Shown here: positions 1 to 10,884 of the stretch, piece by piece
Position numbering within the stretch: position 1 is the stretch's first letter
Layout of the letters: every line of letters starts with the position of its first letter
From: Bradymonadia bacterium
Lineage (GTDB): Bacteria > Myxococcota_A > Bradymonadia > UBA7976 > UBA1532
NCBI GenBank assembly: GCA_046290225.1
Contig: JBKAGE010000036.1
Span: 192,001 to 256,000, forward strand
Length of the DNA stretch: 64,000 nt
Direction: 5' to 3'
Translations under genes and position numbers: made by a program
The notes under the pieces: model-generated
Told to the model about the DNA's origin: nothing
Seen by the model: only the letters and a program-made list of their open reading frames with translations
Database searches by the model: none

Positions 1-3000
1 GTGTGTCGGCGAGGGTGTTCACCACGACGCCAGCGGCGAAGGTGTCGCCGATGCGGGCCATACGAGGCAGGGCCGGCCGAGCCATGAGCGGAGCGCTCAC
101 CACCACCTTGCCTTCGCCCACGCCTCCTCGATCGTCTGCGGTGACCGCCAGGGCCATCAGCCTGAACGTGGTCAGGTTGTCGGGCAGCTGACCCTTCACG
201 ACCGCCTTGCCGTCGTCACCGGTCTGCACCGCACCTACGAAGAGCGGCGTCGTGGTGAACTTTCGGCGCACGTCGAGGGCATCCTGCCCGCCCCCACCGC
301 CGCCGCGGTTGCGGCCCTTCTCACCAAAGGCGAGCTGGGGCAGCAGGTGACTGAGGTTGGTGGACTGATAGACGCTCAGGCCCCGTCGGCGATACATCGA
401 CGCCACGGGATCAGGGGGTTGATACCCTGTGAGGGCCAGAACCCCCTCGTCCACGGCCCACACGGTCACCTCGCTGGCGACGCCGCGACCGTCCTTGTCT
501 TTGACGTGTACGTTCACCACCAGCGACTCACCGGGGCGCTTGGACTCGGCGTCGGGGCTCAGCTCTACCTGCAGACGTTTGTGCTCAGGGGACACCTTCA
601 GCTCGGCATAGCCCACCCGGAAGGCCGGTCGACCCGGATCACCATCTCCGCGACCTGGAGGCGCTACACGACCGCGGGTGAGCACGACGCCCACAAAGGC
701 GTTGGGGATCATGTCGGCGGTGACGGGGATCTCGACGGACTGAGCGTTGCCAGTGAGGGTCATGCGCTTGGACCACAAGAAGCCCTCGCGCTCTACAGTG
801 AGCCAGGCCTCGGCTTTCTGGAACGGGTTCTGGATCAAGATCCGGGCATTCTCTCCTGGGCTGTACTGGCTGCGGTCGAGAACCACCTCCACCTTGGCGT
901 CGTCGTCCCGCATCCATGGCGCCTCCCCCTCGCCGAGCACCCAGAGGGCGTCGGTGCTGCGGGTGAGCCGCCCCTGGGCATCTCTGGCCTCGACGACGAG
1001 GGTGTGGAAGCCCGGCGCCTCGGCCTGCACAGTGCACTTGCCAGGGGCCTCACCTGCTCCAGTGGTGTTCAGCGCGCACCGCGCCACCTCTTCAGGACGA
1101 CGCTCGCTCACGGTCTCGAAGGTGCCCAGGGCCGTCTTCTTCTTCACGGTGTGCCAGACCTGGCGCATCAACTTCACCTCGCCCCGGATGCCCGAGACGA
1201 GGGCGCCGCCGTCTTCGGTGCCTGGGGTGCCCACGGCGACAGCGTGCACGTCGAAAGGCGCGCCTGCCTGAGCAAACCCCTCGGGGCCCTTGAGGCCGAC
1301 CCACACTGCGGCGGGGTGCACCTGCATCGTGGATCGCCCTGCGAGGGTCTGACGATCGACGTCGGTCACCGCGGCCTCCACCGCGTAGGTCCGCACGCGA
1401 TCTTCAGGGGCCTCGCTGGCACCACCGTCGATCTTGAACGCCCCAGTGTCGTCAAGGGTCCACAGCCCCCCGGCGACGACCTCTCCGAGGCCCGAGGTGG
1501 CGGTGTCGTCCCACCATGCGTCCCGACGGCCGAAGGTGTACGCCTCGAGGTTGGCGCCATCCACCGGCTCTGGGGTGAAGTCGGTGTCATAGGCTTGCAC
1601 CGACCAGCGCACCGAAGCGCCGGACATGGCGCCGCCGAAGAGATAGCGCCCTTCGGCTGTGGCCTTCACCGAGGTGCCGGCGACGAGATTTCGCTGCTCT
1701 GGATGCACGTCGACGAGGAAGGCCGGCGGCCGGTACTCAGCCACTGTGGCCTGGGTCTGCCATGTGAGCTTGTCGTCAGCCTGATTGACCACGATCTGGT
1801 ACTGACCCAGAGCGCCGTCCTCGGGCACAGAGAATGTGGTGTGGAAGCTGCCTTGGGGTGAGGCGTCGAGGGTGGTGGTGGCCACCTCTTTGCCTCGTGG
1901 ATCCATCAGCTTCACGTCGAGCGTTCGGTTCTCTGGCGGGGAGAGCTGCCCCAAACGCCGCACGCGGAGCACCCCCTTCACGTAGATCGTCTCGCCGGGC
2001 CGGTAGATGCCCCGCTCGGTGAACAGCAGCCCCTCGGTCCGCGGCCCGTCGCTGGCCCACTCGGACTCCACACCAAGCCGCCACGGCGACAAGATGCCCC
2101 GTGTCGCAGTCGAGGCGAAGGCCACGTCTGTCTGTCCGTCGATCTCGGCCGTGACCTGAGCGGCGAAGAACGGAGGGCCGTAGTACGGGTAGCCCCACTT
2201 GTCCTTCTTGGGCAGGGTCATCTGGTACACCCCGGGGATCTTCGCCAACCCTGAGGCGTCTGTGCGGGCGGTGGCGTGCTGCTTGCCTTCACCGTCGACG
2301 ATGACCACCTCGGCGCCGGCCACGGGTGCCCCCGTGGACAGCCGCCACACCATCACCCGCCCAGCCACCGGGGCCACCTTCATGTGCACCCCCAGATCGG
2401 TGATTTGCACCAAAGTGCGGGCGGGGTATGCGTCCTTCTTGCCCTCGGGGGTCATCTCCACGATGGCGACGCGAGCCCCATCGGATCGACCCTCGAAGAG
2501 CGGCTCGAGGTCGAGCGGGCTACGCATCTGGCGGTTCGGTGCGCCCTCGAGGGGCAGGGAGAGCTTCTGCGCCTTCATGGGCAGCTTCTCTGACCAGGGG
2601 CCCTGCATGTAGGTGAGGGCCTGCTTCACCGACAAAGGCGCCCAGCTGACCGCGAGGCGGGCCACGTTCACGTGATTGACCGGCAGCGCCGCCCGCAGAC
2701 CCCGCTCGATGAGCCCCCGGCTGCCCACGCTGTAGATCTCCGAGGGTCGATCACCTGTGATGAAGGACGCCTCGAACAGGGTGCCCAGGCGCTGGCCGAA
2801 CTCGTCTTCGAGGTTGCCCTCGATCTTCATGCGGTACTCGGTCCGCGGGCTGAAGTTGCCGTAGAGGGTCCAATCGGAGACCGCCCCCTCGTGGGTGGGC
2901 CAGGCGATGTCCACTGGAGGCGTAATCTTGAGGGCCTTCTTCAAGGCCTCCCCGGTCACCGGGGTGCTGAACGTGAGCGTGATGGGGCCCTCCGGGCAGG

Positions 3001-4045
3001 TCCCGTGCCACTTCTTACAGCCCACCCAGCGCACCTTCAGCGGGCTGTAGGTGCTGAAGGGCCAGGCGGCGGAGGTCTCTGAAGGCAGGGTGCCGCTGTG
3101 GGCCCGTACCCCGCGCGGGATCACGAGCAGATATCGGGTGTTGAGCGCCAACGGTTGCTTCGGGGTGACCGTGACCACCGTGCGCCGATCGACCACCGGT
3201 ACCCCCGTGGGCCCCAGGACCGGCAGCCTCGGGCTCAATTTCTCGCCTCTCGCCTCCACGATCCGGCGCAAGTTCTCTTCCCACGACTCCGTCCGGACGA
3301 TCTGCGCGGGCACCTCTGCGCCTTCGCTGTCTCGGAACACGATCTTGCCGGCGAGATCTGCTTCGAGGGGCTTCTGGTTGAAGTGCACCTCGAAGCTCTC
3401 ATTTGCCCGGGCCCAGGGCAGGTCGCGCCAGGCGTTCACCGGGTTGCCACCGATGGCCTGTAGCCGTGGCGTCTCGAAGGTGAAGGTGTGGGGCGCCGAC
3501 AGCACCCCACCGTCGAGGGCGACGAGCGTGTCTGAGGTGGTGACGCTGAAGGTCGTGGCCCAGGGCACCGGGCCATCAGGTACGAACTCTACGGTGCTGC
3601 TGCCCACCCAACGCCATCGGCCCGGTACAGGGGGCGCGATGTGCGCAGGTGCAGGGCCGTCAGGTGCCCCGAGGGCGTGTACTGGCCGGTCGAAGGTGAT
3701 GGTGGGCCTCGGGTGATGCTTCACCGGGCCTCTGGGGCCGCTGACCACCACCGAGAGCGGCGCAGCATCGGGGTTCGGGGCGATGCGGGGCGCCCTCGGC
3801 GGGGGCGCGCTCTGGCCAGGGCTCGGTGCCCCAGGGGGAATCACCGGAACAGCCTGATGGGCCTCGACCTGTTCTGGGGGGGTCTGGACAGACCCGGACC
3901 GATGTGGTCCTTCTTTGGATGGGCGCGAAGGTTTGTCGTCACCACAGCCGATGAAGAACATGGCGTTGAGGACGACGATGATCCACGGCAGGGCCGACGC
4001 CGTACGCGCGTGATCTCGGGGAAGCATCCAGGGAAGAGAGAGCAT
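1..4045 (-). CDS. Alpha-2-macroglobulin family lipoprotein (runs off the left edge, 3' part missing)
   Basis: Not in the ORF track because it is open-ended. Manual translation: ATG at 4045 with GGAG upstream, lipobox ...NAMFFIG-C, Ig/MG segments, LFTERGIYRPGETIYVKG, VDEGVLALTGY, RRKFTTTPLF, LPDNLTTFRLMA and PALPRMARIGD, all typical of bacterial A2M. Both ends fall in the same frame. Confidence 0.92.
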   Translation of the reverse strand, partial: MLSLPWMLPRDHARTASALPWIIVVLNAMFFIGCGDDKPSRPSKEGPHRSGSVQTPPEQVEAHQAVPVIPPGAPSPGQSAPPPRAPRIAPNPDAAPLSVVVSGPRGPVKHHPRPTITFDRPVHALGAPDGPAPAHIAPPVPGRWRWVGSSTVEFVPDGPVPWATTFSVTTSDTLVALDGGVLSAPHTFTFETPRLQAIGGNPVNAWRDLPWARANESFEVHFNQKPLEADLAGKIVFRDSEGAEVPAQIVRTESWEENLRRIVEARGEKLSPRLPVLGPTGVPVVDRRTVVTVTPKQPLALNTRYLLVIPRGVRAHSGTLPSETSAAWPFSTYSPLKVRWVGCKKWHGTCPEGPITLTFSTPVTGEALKKALKITPPVDIAWPTHEGAVSDWTLYGNFSPRTEYRMKIEGNLEDEFGQRLGTLFEASFITGDRPSEIYSVGSRGLIERGLRAALPVNHVNVARLAVSWAPLSVKQALTYMQGPWSEKLPMKAQKLSLPLEGAPNRQMRSPLDLEPLFEGRSDGARVAIVEMTPEGKKDAYPARTLVQITDLGVHMKVAPVAGRVMVWRLSTGAPVAGAEVVIVDGEGKQHATARTDASGLAKIPGVYQMTLPKKDKWGYPYYGPPFFAAQVTAEIDGQTDVAFASTATRGILSPWRLGVESEWASDGPRTEGLLFTERGIYRPGETIYVKGVLRVRRLGQLSPPENRTLDVKLMDPRGKEVATTTLDASPQGSFHTTFSVPEDGALGQYQIVVNQADDKLTWQTQATVAEYRPPAFLVDVHPEQRNLVAGTSVKATAEGRYLFGGAMSGASVRWSVQAYDTDFTPEPVDGANLEAYTFGRRDAWWDDTATSGLGEVVAGGLWTLDDTGAFKIDGGASEAPEDRVRTYAVEAAVTDVDRQTLAGRSTMQVHPAAVWVGLKGPEGFAQAGAPFDVHAVAVGTPGTEDGGALVSGIRGEVKLMRQVWHTVKKKTALGTFETVSERRPEEVARCALNTTGAGEAPGKCTVQAEAPGFHTLVVEARDAQGRLTRSTDALWVLGEGEAPWMRDDDAKVEVVLDRSQYSPGENARILIQNPFQKAEAWLTVEREGFLWSKRMTLTGNAQSVEIPVTADMIPNAFVGVVLTRGRVAPPGRGDGDPGRPAFRVGYAELKVSPEHKRLQVELSPDAESKRPGESLVVNVHVKDKDGRGVASEVTVWAVDEGVLALTGYQPPDPVASMYRRRGLSVYQSTNLSHLLPQLAFGEKGRNRGGGGGGQDALDVRRKFTTTPLFVGAVQTGDDGKAVVKGQLPDNLTTFRLMALAVTADDRGGVGEGKVVVSAPLMARPALPRMARIGDTFAAGVVVNTLADT

Positions 4046-4158
4046 GGTCGGGCGCTCCAGAGCAGAACTTGCGGTCATCGTGTGCTCGCCCAGGGTCGGT
4101 GTCAATCGAAGGCACCACCATGCCACCTTCACCTCTGTGGGTTGTTGGGGAGTCTGAG

Positions 4159-6180
4159 TTGAACGAGATACCACCGGGTACCCGCCTTTCAGGTGTAGCC
4201 ATCACGGCCCTTCACGCCGAGAGTGACCGGGCGCGCCTCTACACTGGGGCCCAGCTCACCAGCGGTCGTTCGATCTGGCTGAAGCAGCGCAAGCACGATC
4301 CCGAGGGCGAGTGGCAGGCCCGAGGCGAGCGACTGACCTCTGTGGCCGCCACTCACCTGCCCCACGTCCTCGCCGTGGATGCTCACGAGACCTATGGCAG
4401 CTACTGGATCATGACTGGCATCGACGGTGAGCCGGTGACTCGGCAGCTCGACGCCTCTGTCTCCTTTGCCCCTGCTCGGGCGGCGCTCATCACGTTGCAG
4501 GTGTGTCAGGGCCTCGCGGCGCTCCACAGCGCGGGGCTGTGTCATGGTGATCTGTCCGCAGAGCACGTGCTCATCGCACGCGGTCGGCTCGGAGAGCGAG
4601 CGGGCCTCATCAGCGGTGACGGCAAGCAGTACAGACAAGAGGTGCCCACAGCAGAGCGGGCGATGTGGATGAGCCCCGAGCACGCCACCGATGCCCCCTT
4701 GGACGCCCGCTCCGACATCTACCAGGCGGGGCTGCTCCTCTTCACGCTGCTCAATGGCGCACCTCCGTTTCGGGGGCGGGATCCACTGGCCATCATCCAA
4801 CGCCACGCACACATGGTTCCGCCAGAGATCAAGAGCCTGCGACCCGATGTGCCTGCGCCCTTCTCCGAGATCCTGCATCTGTGCCTCGCCAAGGATCCCG
4901 ACGATCGTTACCCCCGAGTGGAGTCGCTCATTCGACGTCTGCGGCCCTTGAGCCGCACCCTCGTCGCCAGCCAGTCGCTGCAGAGCACGGGCCTCGAGCG
5001 CTCTGAAGGCATCATCGCGCTGCCTCGAGCCCCTCAACCGGACGAGGCGCCCACTGCCGATGTCGAAGCCTCCCCAGCGGTCGAAGCTGAGCTCACCGGC
5101 ACCTTCGACGAGCACATCTCCGATGTGGCAGACCCTTTCCGGAGCGAAGACACGACCACGTCCGATCTGCCCTTCGACCCCTCGCCTCTGCCGCGAAACT
5201 TGATCTTGGACAGCAACGACAACAACCCCACCGTGACGGTCACACCGCCCCCCCTGATGTTCTCGGTGACCTCTGCGGAAGACATCGAAGACCCCTTCGG
5301 CGGCGAGGTGCTCACCTCGGTCCCTGACGACTCGCTGCAGTCATCTACGGTGCAAGTGGCCCCTGTCCAGATCCCAGAGGCGCCCAAACCACCGAGCCTC
5401 GGCGACCGGTTCTCGGAGATCATGGCGCGCTACCTCGAACGCCTGCCGAAGATGAGCGACCAGAGCCGTGGTGACCTCATGCGCACGCCGACCCCCACAT
5501 CCATTCTGGGTACCAGCCATCTGTCCAACTTCGTGGAGCGTCTCGTACACTTGCTCGACGGTGATCTCACCGAAGATGGGGTGCCGGAAGATCTCCTGGT
5601 GATTCACGACGCTCTGGCACAACTGGAGACCGCCCACGATCGCGCCATGCTGCTCTGGCGGCGAGACTGGTCTCGGGCCACTCGTCTCCACGGTGCTTAC
5701 TCTGACGATTGCGAGCGCCTCGGCGCAGCCTTGCAGGCGCTGGAGACCGACATCGAGCGGGCCACCACCCGGCTCGACGCCCACGAGGGCGACATCCGAC
5801 ACCTCACCGAGGTGCTTCAAGGGTTCGAGGTCACGTTCATCGAGCGCTTCAGTGTGTGCAACGCCGCGGACTTCGACGCCGTGAGCCTCGCAGAGCTCGA
5901 CAAGGTGTATCTACAGCGCACCGAGGCCGCCGAAGATCTCGCCCGCCTCTCCAACGAGGCCAACCGGCTCAAGCGCAAACGCGCTGACTTGCTCCAGCAG
6001 CACGCCGAGCTGGAGCGCAGTCAGTCGGCCCTGTCCACCCACCGGTGGTCGGAGGTGGAAGATGCCTGCCTCAGCGCTGCTGAAGCAGCCCGGAAGGCGC
6101 AACAGGTCGGGGCGGCTCTAGAGCAACGCTGTATGCAGCTCGGCCTCGCCATCGCCCGCCACGCCCACAGCGAAGGTTGA
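4159..6180 (+). CDS. Ser/Thr kinase-like protein (probable pseudokinase) with acidic/Pro linker and C-terminal coiled coil
   Basis: Hanks-fold motifs WMSPEH, DARSDIYQAG, GAPPFRG, CLAKDPDDRY are present; catalytic loop reads HGDLSAEHV; no DFG. Start uncertain: TTG 4159 after GGGGAG, or ATG 4120. Confidence 0.8.
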   Translation: MNEIPPGTRLSGVAITALHAESDRARLYTGAQLTSGRSIWLKQRKHDPEGEWQARGERLTSVAATHLPHVLAVDAHETYGSYWIMTGIDGEPVTRQLDASVSFAPARAALITLQVCQGLAALHSAGLCHGDLSAEHVLIARGRLGERAGLISGDGKQYRQEVPTAERAMWMSPEHATDAPLDARSDIYQAGLLLFTLLNGAPPFRGRDPLAIIQRHAHMVPPEIKSLRPDVPAPFSEILHLCLAKDPDDRYPRVESLIRRLRPLSRTLVASQSLQSTGLERSEGIIALPRAPQPDEAPTADVEASPAVEAELTGTFDEHISDVADPFRSEDTTTSDLPFDPSPLPRNLILDSNDNNPTVTVTPPPLMFSVTSAEDIEDPFGGEVLTSVPDDSLQSSTVQVAPVQIPEAPKPPSLGDRFSEIMARYLERLPKMSDQSRGDLMRTPTPTSILGTSHLSNFVERLVHLLDGDLTEDGVPEDLLVIHDALAQLETAHDRAMLLWRRDWSRATRLHGAYSDDCERLGAALQALETDIERATTRLDAHEGDIRHLTEVLQGFEVTFIERFSVCNAADFDAVSLAELDKVYLQRTEAAEDLARLSNEANRLKRKRADLLQQHAELERSQSALSTHRWSEVEDACLSAAEAARKAQQVGAALEQRCMQLGLAIARHAHSEG

Positions 6181-6237
6181 AACCCTCGGGCCCCCTGCCT
6201 GCTCTTTCACCCCACAGCATTCGAATCAGGAGCACGC

Positions 6238-6864
6238 ATGTCTGACGCGCAGTCGGCCGATCGTTCAGAAGAGCAGCGTTTCAAAGACCCGAAGGTGACC
6301 ATCAACAAGGTCTACACCCGAACGGGTGACGCGGGTCAGACCCGCCTGGTGGGCGGTCAGCAGGTGGGGAAGGACGATCTGCGCATCGAGACCTACGGCA
6401 CCGTGGACGAGCTCAACGCCCATGTGGGGGCGGTCATCATCTCCTGCACCGCCGAGGGACTCGACGGTCTCGCCGCGGTCCTGCTCAAGGTGCAACACCA
6501 GCTCTTCAACCTGGGCTCTGTCCTGGCCACGCTGCCCGAAGATCTGCACCCCAAGCAGCCCCGCGTCACCCCTGCGGATATCGAGTGGCTCGAAGGCAGT
6601 ATCGACGCCTACAACGACGGCCTGCCCACCCTGCGCAGCTTCGTGCTCCCAGGGGGGCTCGAGGCCAATGTGCGCCTGCACGTGGCCCGCACGGTCTGCC
6701 GCCGGGCAGAGCGCCTCTCGGTGGCCCTCGCCCGCCAGAGCGAGGTTGATCCGGCAGCGGTGCGCTACCTCAACCGCCTGAGTGATGCATTCTTCGTGTG
6801 GAGCCGATGGGTGATGCACGAAAAAGGTGTGGACGAAGTGCTTTGGGACCCGAACCTGGGGTGA
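6238..6864 (+). CDS. ATP:cob(I)alamin adenosyltransferase, PduO type
   Basis: KVYTRTGDAGQT, YGTVDELNA, FVLPGG, HVARTVCRRAER, YLNRLSDAFF; AGGAG RBS. Confidence 0.95.
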   Translation: MSDAQSADRSEEQRFKDPKVTINKVYTRTGDAGQTRLVGGQQVGKDDLRIETYGTVDELNAHVGAVIISCTAEGLDGLAAVLLKVQHQLFNLGSVLATLPEDLHPKQPRVTPADIEWLEGSIDAYNDGLPTLRSFVLPGGLEANVRLHVARTVCRRAERLSVALARQSEVDPAAVRYLNRLSDAFFVWSRWVMHEKGVDEVLWDPNLG

Positions 6865-6902
6865 ACGCCGCGCTTCTGAGCGGGTGAGCGGACGACCGTG
6901 TG

Positions 6903-8363
6903 CTACAGCCGCTCCATCCACCCTTCCTGCAACCTGCAGTGCACCTCAAAGCCGAACTTGCGATAGCAGGCGATGGCCGAGGCGTTGTCCTCTGCCACGT
7001 TGAGGGCCACGTACCCCACCCGCTCGAAGATGGCCTGCAGCACCCTGGACACCGATTTCGTCGCCAACCCCTGCCCGCGCTTCCCGGCGTGGGTCACCAT
7101 GTTCCCCACCACGGCGATGTCCTGAGCATCACTGAGCACGTGGATGCCCGCCACGCTCACCAGCTCACCGGCCTGCTTGACCCCGAAGTACATACCCGTG
7201 TCGAGCTGCGCGGGCTCGAAGAAGTTGTCGGGGTAGTACCGATAGAGCTGCATGATGGCCGCGGTGTCGCGGTGGGTCAGCTTCTCGATGGTCTCGTTCG
7301 GCGCAGGCTCCGAGGGCTGAGGCCGCCAGTCGCTGCGTTGGAGCGACATGCGGAGCACGGGCTTGACCGTGATGGGCCGGTAATACTGCGCGAAGGCGTC
7401 GGTGTGGGTCAGCGGGTGGCTCGCGAAGATCTTGCGCGGCAGCAGAGTGCGGGCCCTGGCCAGCAGCGCCATCACATCATCAGGACTGCCCATGGGGAGA
7501 ATGGCGGGCATGCTCAAGCCGCTGTACCAGAGCAGAACCCCCGTGAGGCCTTCCTCTGGCGAGTCCACCCCGAACCAGCGCGTGTGCTCGATGAACGGGT
7601 CATCGAGATCGCCGAGCTGGTAGGCCGCCATCATCCGATCGCGGAGCAGAAACGCCCGCAGCGCCTGATGATCGGCGTCGGTGAGCTGCCTCACCCGATC
7701 GACCCGGTGACGCACCCCCGCTTCGAGCTCGTCGAGCTTGGGGGCCTCGTGGGCCACGGGGATCGGCAGAAGCTCGTGAATCGATACGTCGATCGACCCT
7801 TCAGGCTCTTCGATCTCCGCCTCGAGCGTCTGCTCGGCCTCTTCGCTCTCCATGGCCACCGGCGGTGGGAGCAACTCTCCCTTGGGCACCACCTTCACGG
7901 GCCGGCTCCGGGGGGCCTTCGTCTTGTTGATGAGCTGTACCCCGCCGATGATCATGCCTTTGTCGATGGCCTTGAGCATGTCGTACAGGGTGAGGGCCGC
8001 CACGGTCACCGCCGTGAGCGCCTCCATCTCCACCCCGGTGCGGTCCACCGTCTCCACGATGCTGCTGATCTCGATGGCCTGCTCGTCTCGGAGCGGGGTG
8101 AAGTTCACCTTCACCGAGGTCAGCGCCAGGTGATGGCACAGCGGGATCAGATCAGAGGTCTTCTTCGCCGCCATGATCCCGGAGATGCGGGCGGCGGCGA
8201 GGACATCCCCCTTGGGGGCGTCACCATCGAGCACTTTTTGCAGTGTGCCGTGAGAGAGGAACAGCCGACCTTGGGCTGTAGCTCTGCGGATTTGTCGTGG
8301 CTTGCCGCCCACATCGACCATGTGGGCAGCCCCTTGGGCATCGAGATGTGTCAGATCGCTCAT
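6903..8363 (-). CDS. moaC: MoaC (cyclic pyranopterin monophosphate synthase) fused to a C-terminal GNAT acetyltransferase
   Basis: N-terminal [46 protein letters not shown]; acidic linker; C-terminal [16 protein letters not shown]...[19 protein letters not shown] (GNAT motifs A/B). Confidence 0.9.
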   Translation of the reverse strand: MSDLTHLDAQGAAHMVDVGGKPRQIRRATAQGRLFLSHGTLQKVLDGDAPKGDVLAAARISGIMAAKKTSDLIPLCHHLALTSVKVNFTPLRDEQAIEISSIVETVDRTGVEMEALTAVTVAALTLYDMLKAIDKGMIIGGVQLINKTKAPRSRPVKVVPKGELLPPPVAMESEEAEQTLEAEIEEPEGSIDVSIHELLPIPVAHEAPKLDELEAGVRHRVDRVRQLTDADHQALRAFLLRDRMMAAYQLGDLDDPFIEHTRWFGVDSPEEGLTGVLLWYSGLSMPAILPMGSPDDVMALLARARTLLPRKIFASHPLTHTDAFAQYYRPITVKPVLRMSLQRSDWRPQPSEPAPNETIEKLTHRDTAAIMQLYRYYPDNFFEPAQLDTGMYFGVKQAGELVSVAGIHVLSDAQDIAVVGNMVTHAGKRGQGLATKSVSRVLQAIFERVGYVALNVAEDNASAIACYRKFGFEVHCRLQEGWMERL

Positions 8364-10111
8364 GTATGGGCTTTACGGCGCCGGCGCCTCACAGTCAAGA
8401 GACCGAGGGCTGCCCACCACCACACGCCCTGTTGAGTCCCCGCAGCTGTGGTGCAGCCACCACCGCCTCCGCCGCCATCGGCCCGCACCACGCCATCAGG
8501 GCCCACACCGCCGTCTCCGCCACCTGGGCCCTCCGGGCTCTCGGGATCATCAGGCATCTCCAGCGGCGGTCGCTCCCCGACGCACTCATAGCCGATGGTG
8601 TCCTGGCGATCAGGGGCACACTGCCCAAAGGTGATGACCTCCAGACACCCCCAACCATCTGGGCAGCAATTCTCCGCGTCACAGTTCCGCGTGCAGTAAC
8701 CTGGATCGACCACCTCCCGGCCGGAGATGACATACTCGACACAGACCAGGCCATCACCACAGATGGGCACCTCCCACGGGCGCTCCGGGTTTACCCAACA
8801 CGCATCGCCCATCTGACGCTGGCCGGCGCTGGGGATCTTCTGACACGCCCGGCCGTTGGGCACGTCGACACAGCGGTAGTCCGCCGGGCACGTGCCCCCA
8901 GGGCAATCGTTGGTGCAATAGGGCACCGTCTGCCCCGCCTCGTTGGTGTTGAGCGGATCTGACAGGCAGAACAGGTCATCACCACAGAGCCCCCGCTCTT
9001 CGGTGCACGGCTCTCCGAAGCCCGGCAGGGGCTCGCCTCCGTTGGGGCCGTCGCCGCGGGCACACACGGTGCCACCGCTGCGCAAGCTGGCGCAGAAGAA
9101 CCCATCGGGGCACATGCCGCCGACACATGGCTGGGAGCAATAGAAGTTCTCACCGTCGTTGATACAGAACAGCCCCTGCTCGCAGCCTACGCCATCACCA
9201 CAGGGCTCGTTGAAACCCGCAGTGGGCGGCGCTGGTGGCTCACCCCGGGCGCACGCCCCCGAGCCGCCGGACAGCTGAGCGCAGTAATAACCGTCAGGAC
9301 ACGTGTCGCTGCCGGGGCTACAGCTCTCGGAGCAATACAGCGCCTGACCGTCGTTGACGCAGAACAGCCCACTGGCGCAAGCCTGGGCGCTGCAATCATC
9401 GCCGAACATCGCCGCGCCAGGGCCACCGCCACCTCCGCCGGGATCATCGGGGATGGGATCAGGGACCTCGCCGCCATTGGGGTAGAGGTCACACGCCCCC
9501 TGAATGTCGTCTGCGCCGAGGGTGCGACCGCTCACGTCGCCGGGCCCCGTGGACGGCCACATGGTGGATCCGGAGACGTTGGTGTGATCGAGGCCCAGGG
9601 CGTGGCCCACCTCGTGGGCGGTGACGCTGGCGATGTCGGTCCGCCGCTCACCGCGACTCGACGAGGCCAGGGCCCCCCAGCTGTGATTCACACCGTTGTA
9701 CTTGATGTCGGTGTCCTGCAGGCGCTCCTGGAAGTCGAAGATCGACGCGGTGATGGCCAGGGCGGCGGCTGAGTCATCCCAACCCGAGTTGCGCCAGCTC
9801 ACCACGTTCTCGCCATCAGCAGAGCCCCAGGCGGTGTTGTCGGTGCGCCCCTCGTAGCGCCACGCCATCTGGCTGCACTCGAGCTCAGTCCAGACATCGT
9901 AGCCTTGTTGAATCGCCGCCAGTGCTTCTGCATCGGAGACCTGATCGTCGAGGCTGCGGTTCACGGTGTAGCCCACGGGCAGATCGGACCGGGTCCAGGT
10001 GGCCCCTGTGGGGTTGTAGGCCGAGGCAGTGCCTCCCAAGGCCATGCTCCCCAAAGTCAGCATGCCCCCGAGGCCCAGCAGCTTCACGACGCGGTGCATA
10101 TGCGTGCTCAT
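8360..10111 (-). CDS. Matrixin (M10-like metzincin) metalloprotease with Cys-rich repeats and MYXO-CTERM tail
   Basis: Signal peptide; [11 protein letters not shown] zinc motif with Met-turn (STMWP); four Cys-rich modules; C-terminal GGGC..TM..RRRRRK. Confidence 0.9.
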   Translation of the reverse strand: MSTHMHRVVKLLGLGGMLTLGSMALGGTASAYNPTGATWTRSDLPVGYTVNRSLDDQVSDAEALAAIQQGYDVWTELECSQMAWRYEGRTDNTAWGSADGENVVSWRNSGWDDSAAALAITASIFDFQERLQDTDIKYNGVNHSWGALASSSRGERRTDIASVTAHEVGHALGLDHTNVSGSTMWPSTGPGDVSGRTLGADDIQGACDLYPNGGEVPDPIPDDPGGGGGGPGAAMFGDDCSAQACASGLFCVNDGQALYCSESCSPGSDTCPDGYYCAQLSGGSGACARGEPPAPPTAGFNEPCGDGVGCEQGLFCINDGENFYCSQPCVGGMCPDGFFCASLRSGGTVCARGDGPNGGEPLPGFGEPCTEERGLCGDDLFCLSDPLNTNEAGQTVPYCTNDCPGGTCPADYRCVDVPNGRACQKIPSAGQRQMGDACWVNPERPWEVPICGDGLVCVEYVISGREVVDPGYCTRNCDAENCCPDGWGCLEVITFGQCAPDRQDTIGYECVGERPPLEMPDDPESPEGPGGGDGGVGPDGVVRADGGGGGGGCTTAAGTQQGVWWWAALGLLTVRRRRRKAHT

Positions 10112-10770
10112 CGGATCCTCCTGATGGCTTTCTGCTGGTCAGGGTCGATCCGCTGGACCCCAGGCTGCAGTACGCGGGGGCCGCTGCGGGCGAGAATGCC
10201 CTTGAGCGCGTCGAGCTTCAGGGCGTCACTCTGCTGAGGCACCCCGTCGAAGCGCAATACGTCGTGATGCCTTTGAGGCACTCGGTTGAGATCGCCTACA
10301 GACCGACGCGCAACAGGACCGTCGGCCCCTGGCTCGAGGGTGTAGAGGCCCTGGGCCATGCCCGTGACCACCCATCGGCCCCCGGGGGTCTGCTCCAAGA
10401 ACACCAGCACCTCTTGCTGATCTTTGAAGGCCGCTACGCCGGGCACATGCATCTCGCGACGCGCGGTGCCCGCCCCCACCACACCTCCAGGCTGATCGAG
10501 GGTGAAGACCGGCTCGGCCCACTGACCCTTGAGCACCTCGTCGACCTCGATGCGCACGGTGGTCCTGATCTGGCCCTTGCCGTCGGGCATCTTGGCATCG
10601 TGGGCAACGATCTCTGCCACGTTGCCGGTGATGATGAGCGCCGACCGCTGCACGAGATCGGCCAGCTCGAGTTCGAGCACGGTGGTGGCCTCGGCGGTGG
10701 GCGCGTGACCCACGGCAGCGGCCCCAAGCAGGGCAGCGCACAACGTCAACGCGCGTGGACGGTGGAGCAT
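10108..10770 (-). CDS. Exported protein translationally coupled to the matrixin gene
   Basis: Signal peptide ending AEA-TT; LADLVQRSALIITGNV...VDEVLKG...QPGG...EVLVFL pattern; its stop overlaps the matrixin start (ATGA). Confidence 0.75.
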   Translation of the reverse strand: MLHRPRALTLCAALLGAAAVGHAPTAEATTVLELELADLVQRSALIITGNVAEIVAHDAKMPDGKGQIRTTVRIEVDEVLKGQWAEPVFTLDQPGGVVGAGTARREMHVPGVAAFKDQQEVLVFLEQTPGGRWVVTGMAQGLYTLEPGADGPVARRSVGDLNRVPQRHHDVLRFDGVPQQSDALKLDALKGILARSGPRVLQPGVQRIDPDQQKAIRRIR

Positions 10771-10884
10771 GGTGAAGCCTCTCGATTGATGGGCCCGTTG
10801 AGGGATCTGCCTGTTGCTGAATTAGACTGTCGTTTGAGTTCTTAACTTCGAGCTGTCTGTAGGCACAAGTGGAGGCGTCAGAGT

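Noticed and set aside
347..3716. Long plus-strand ORFs (347-1861, 3051-3716 and others)
   Set aside because: Antisense shadows of the minus-strand alpha-2-macroglobulin gene; no motifs.
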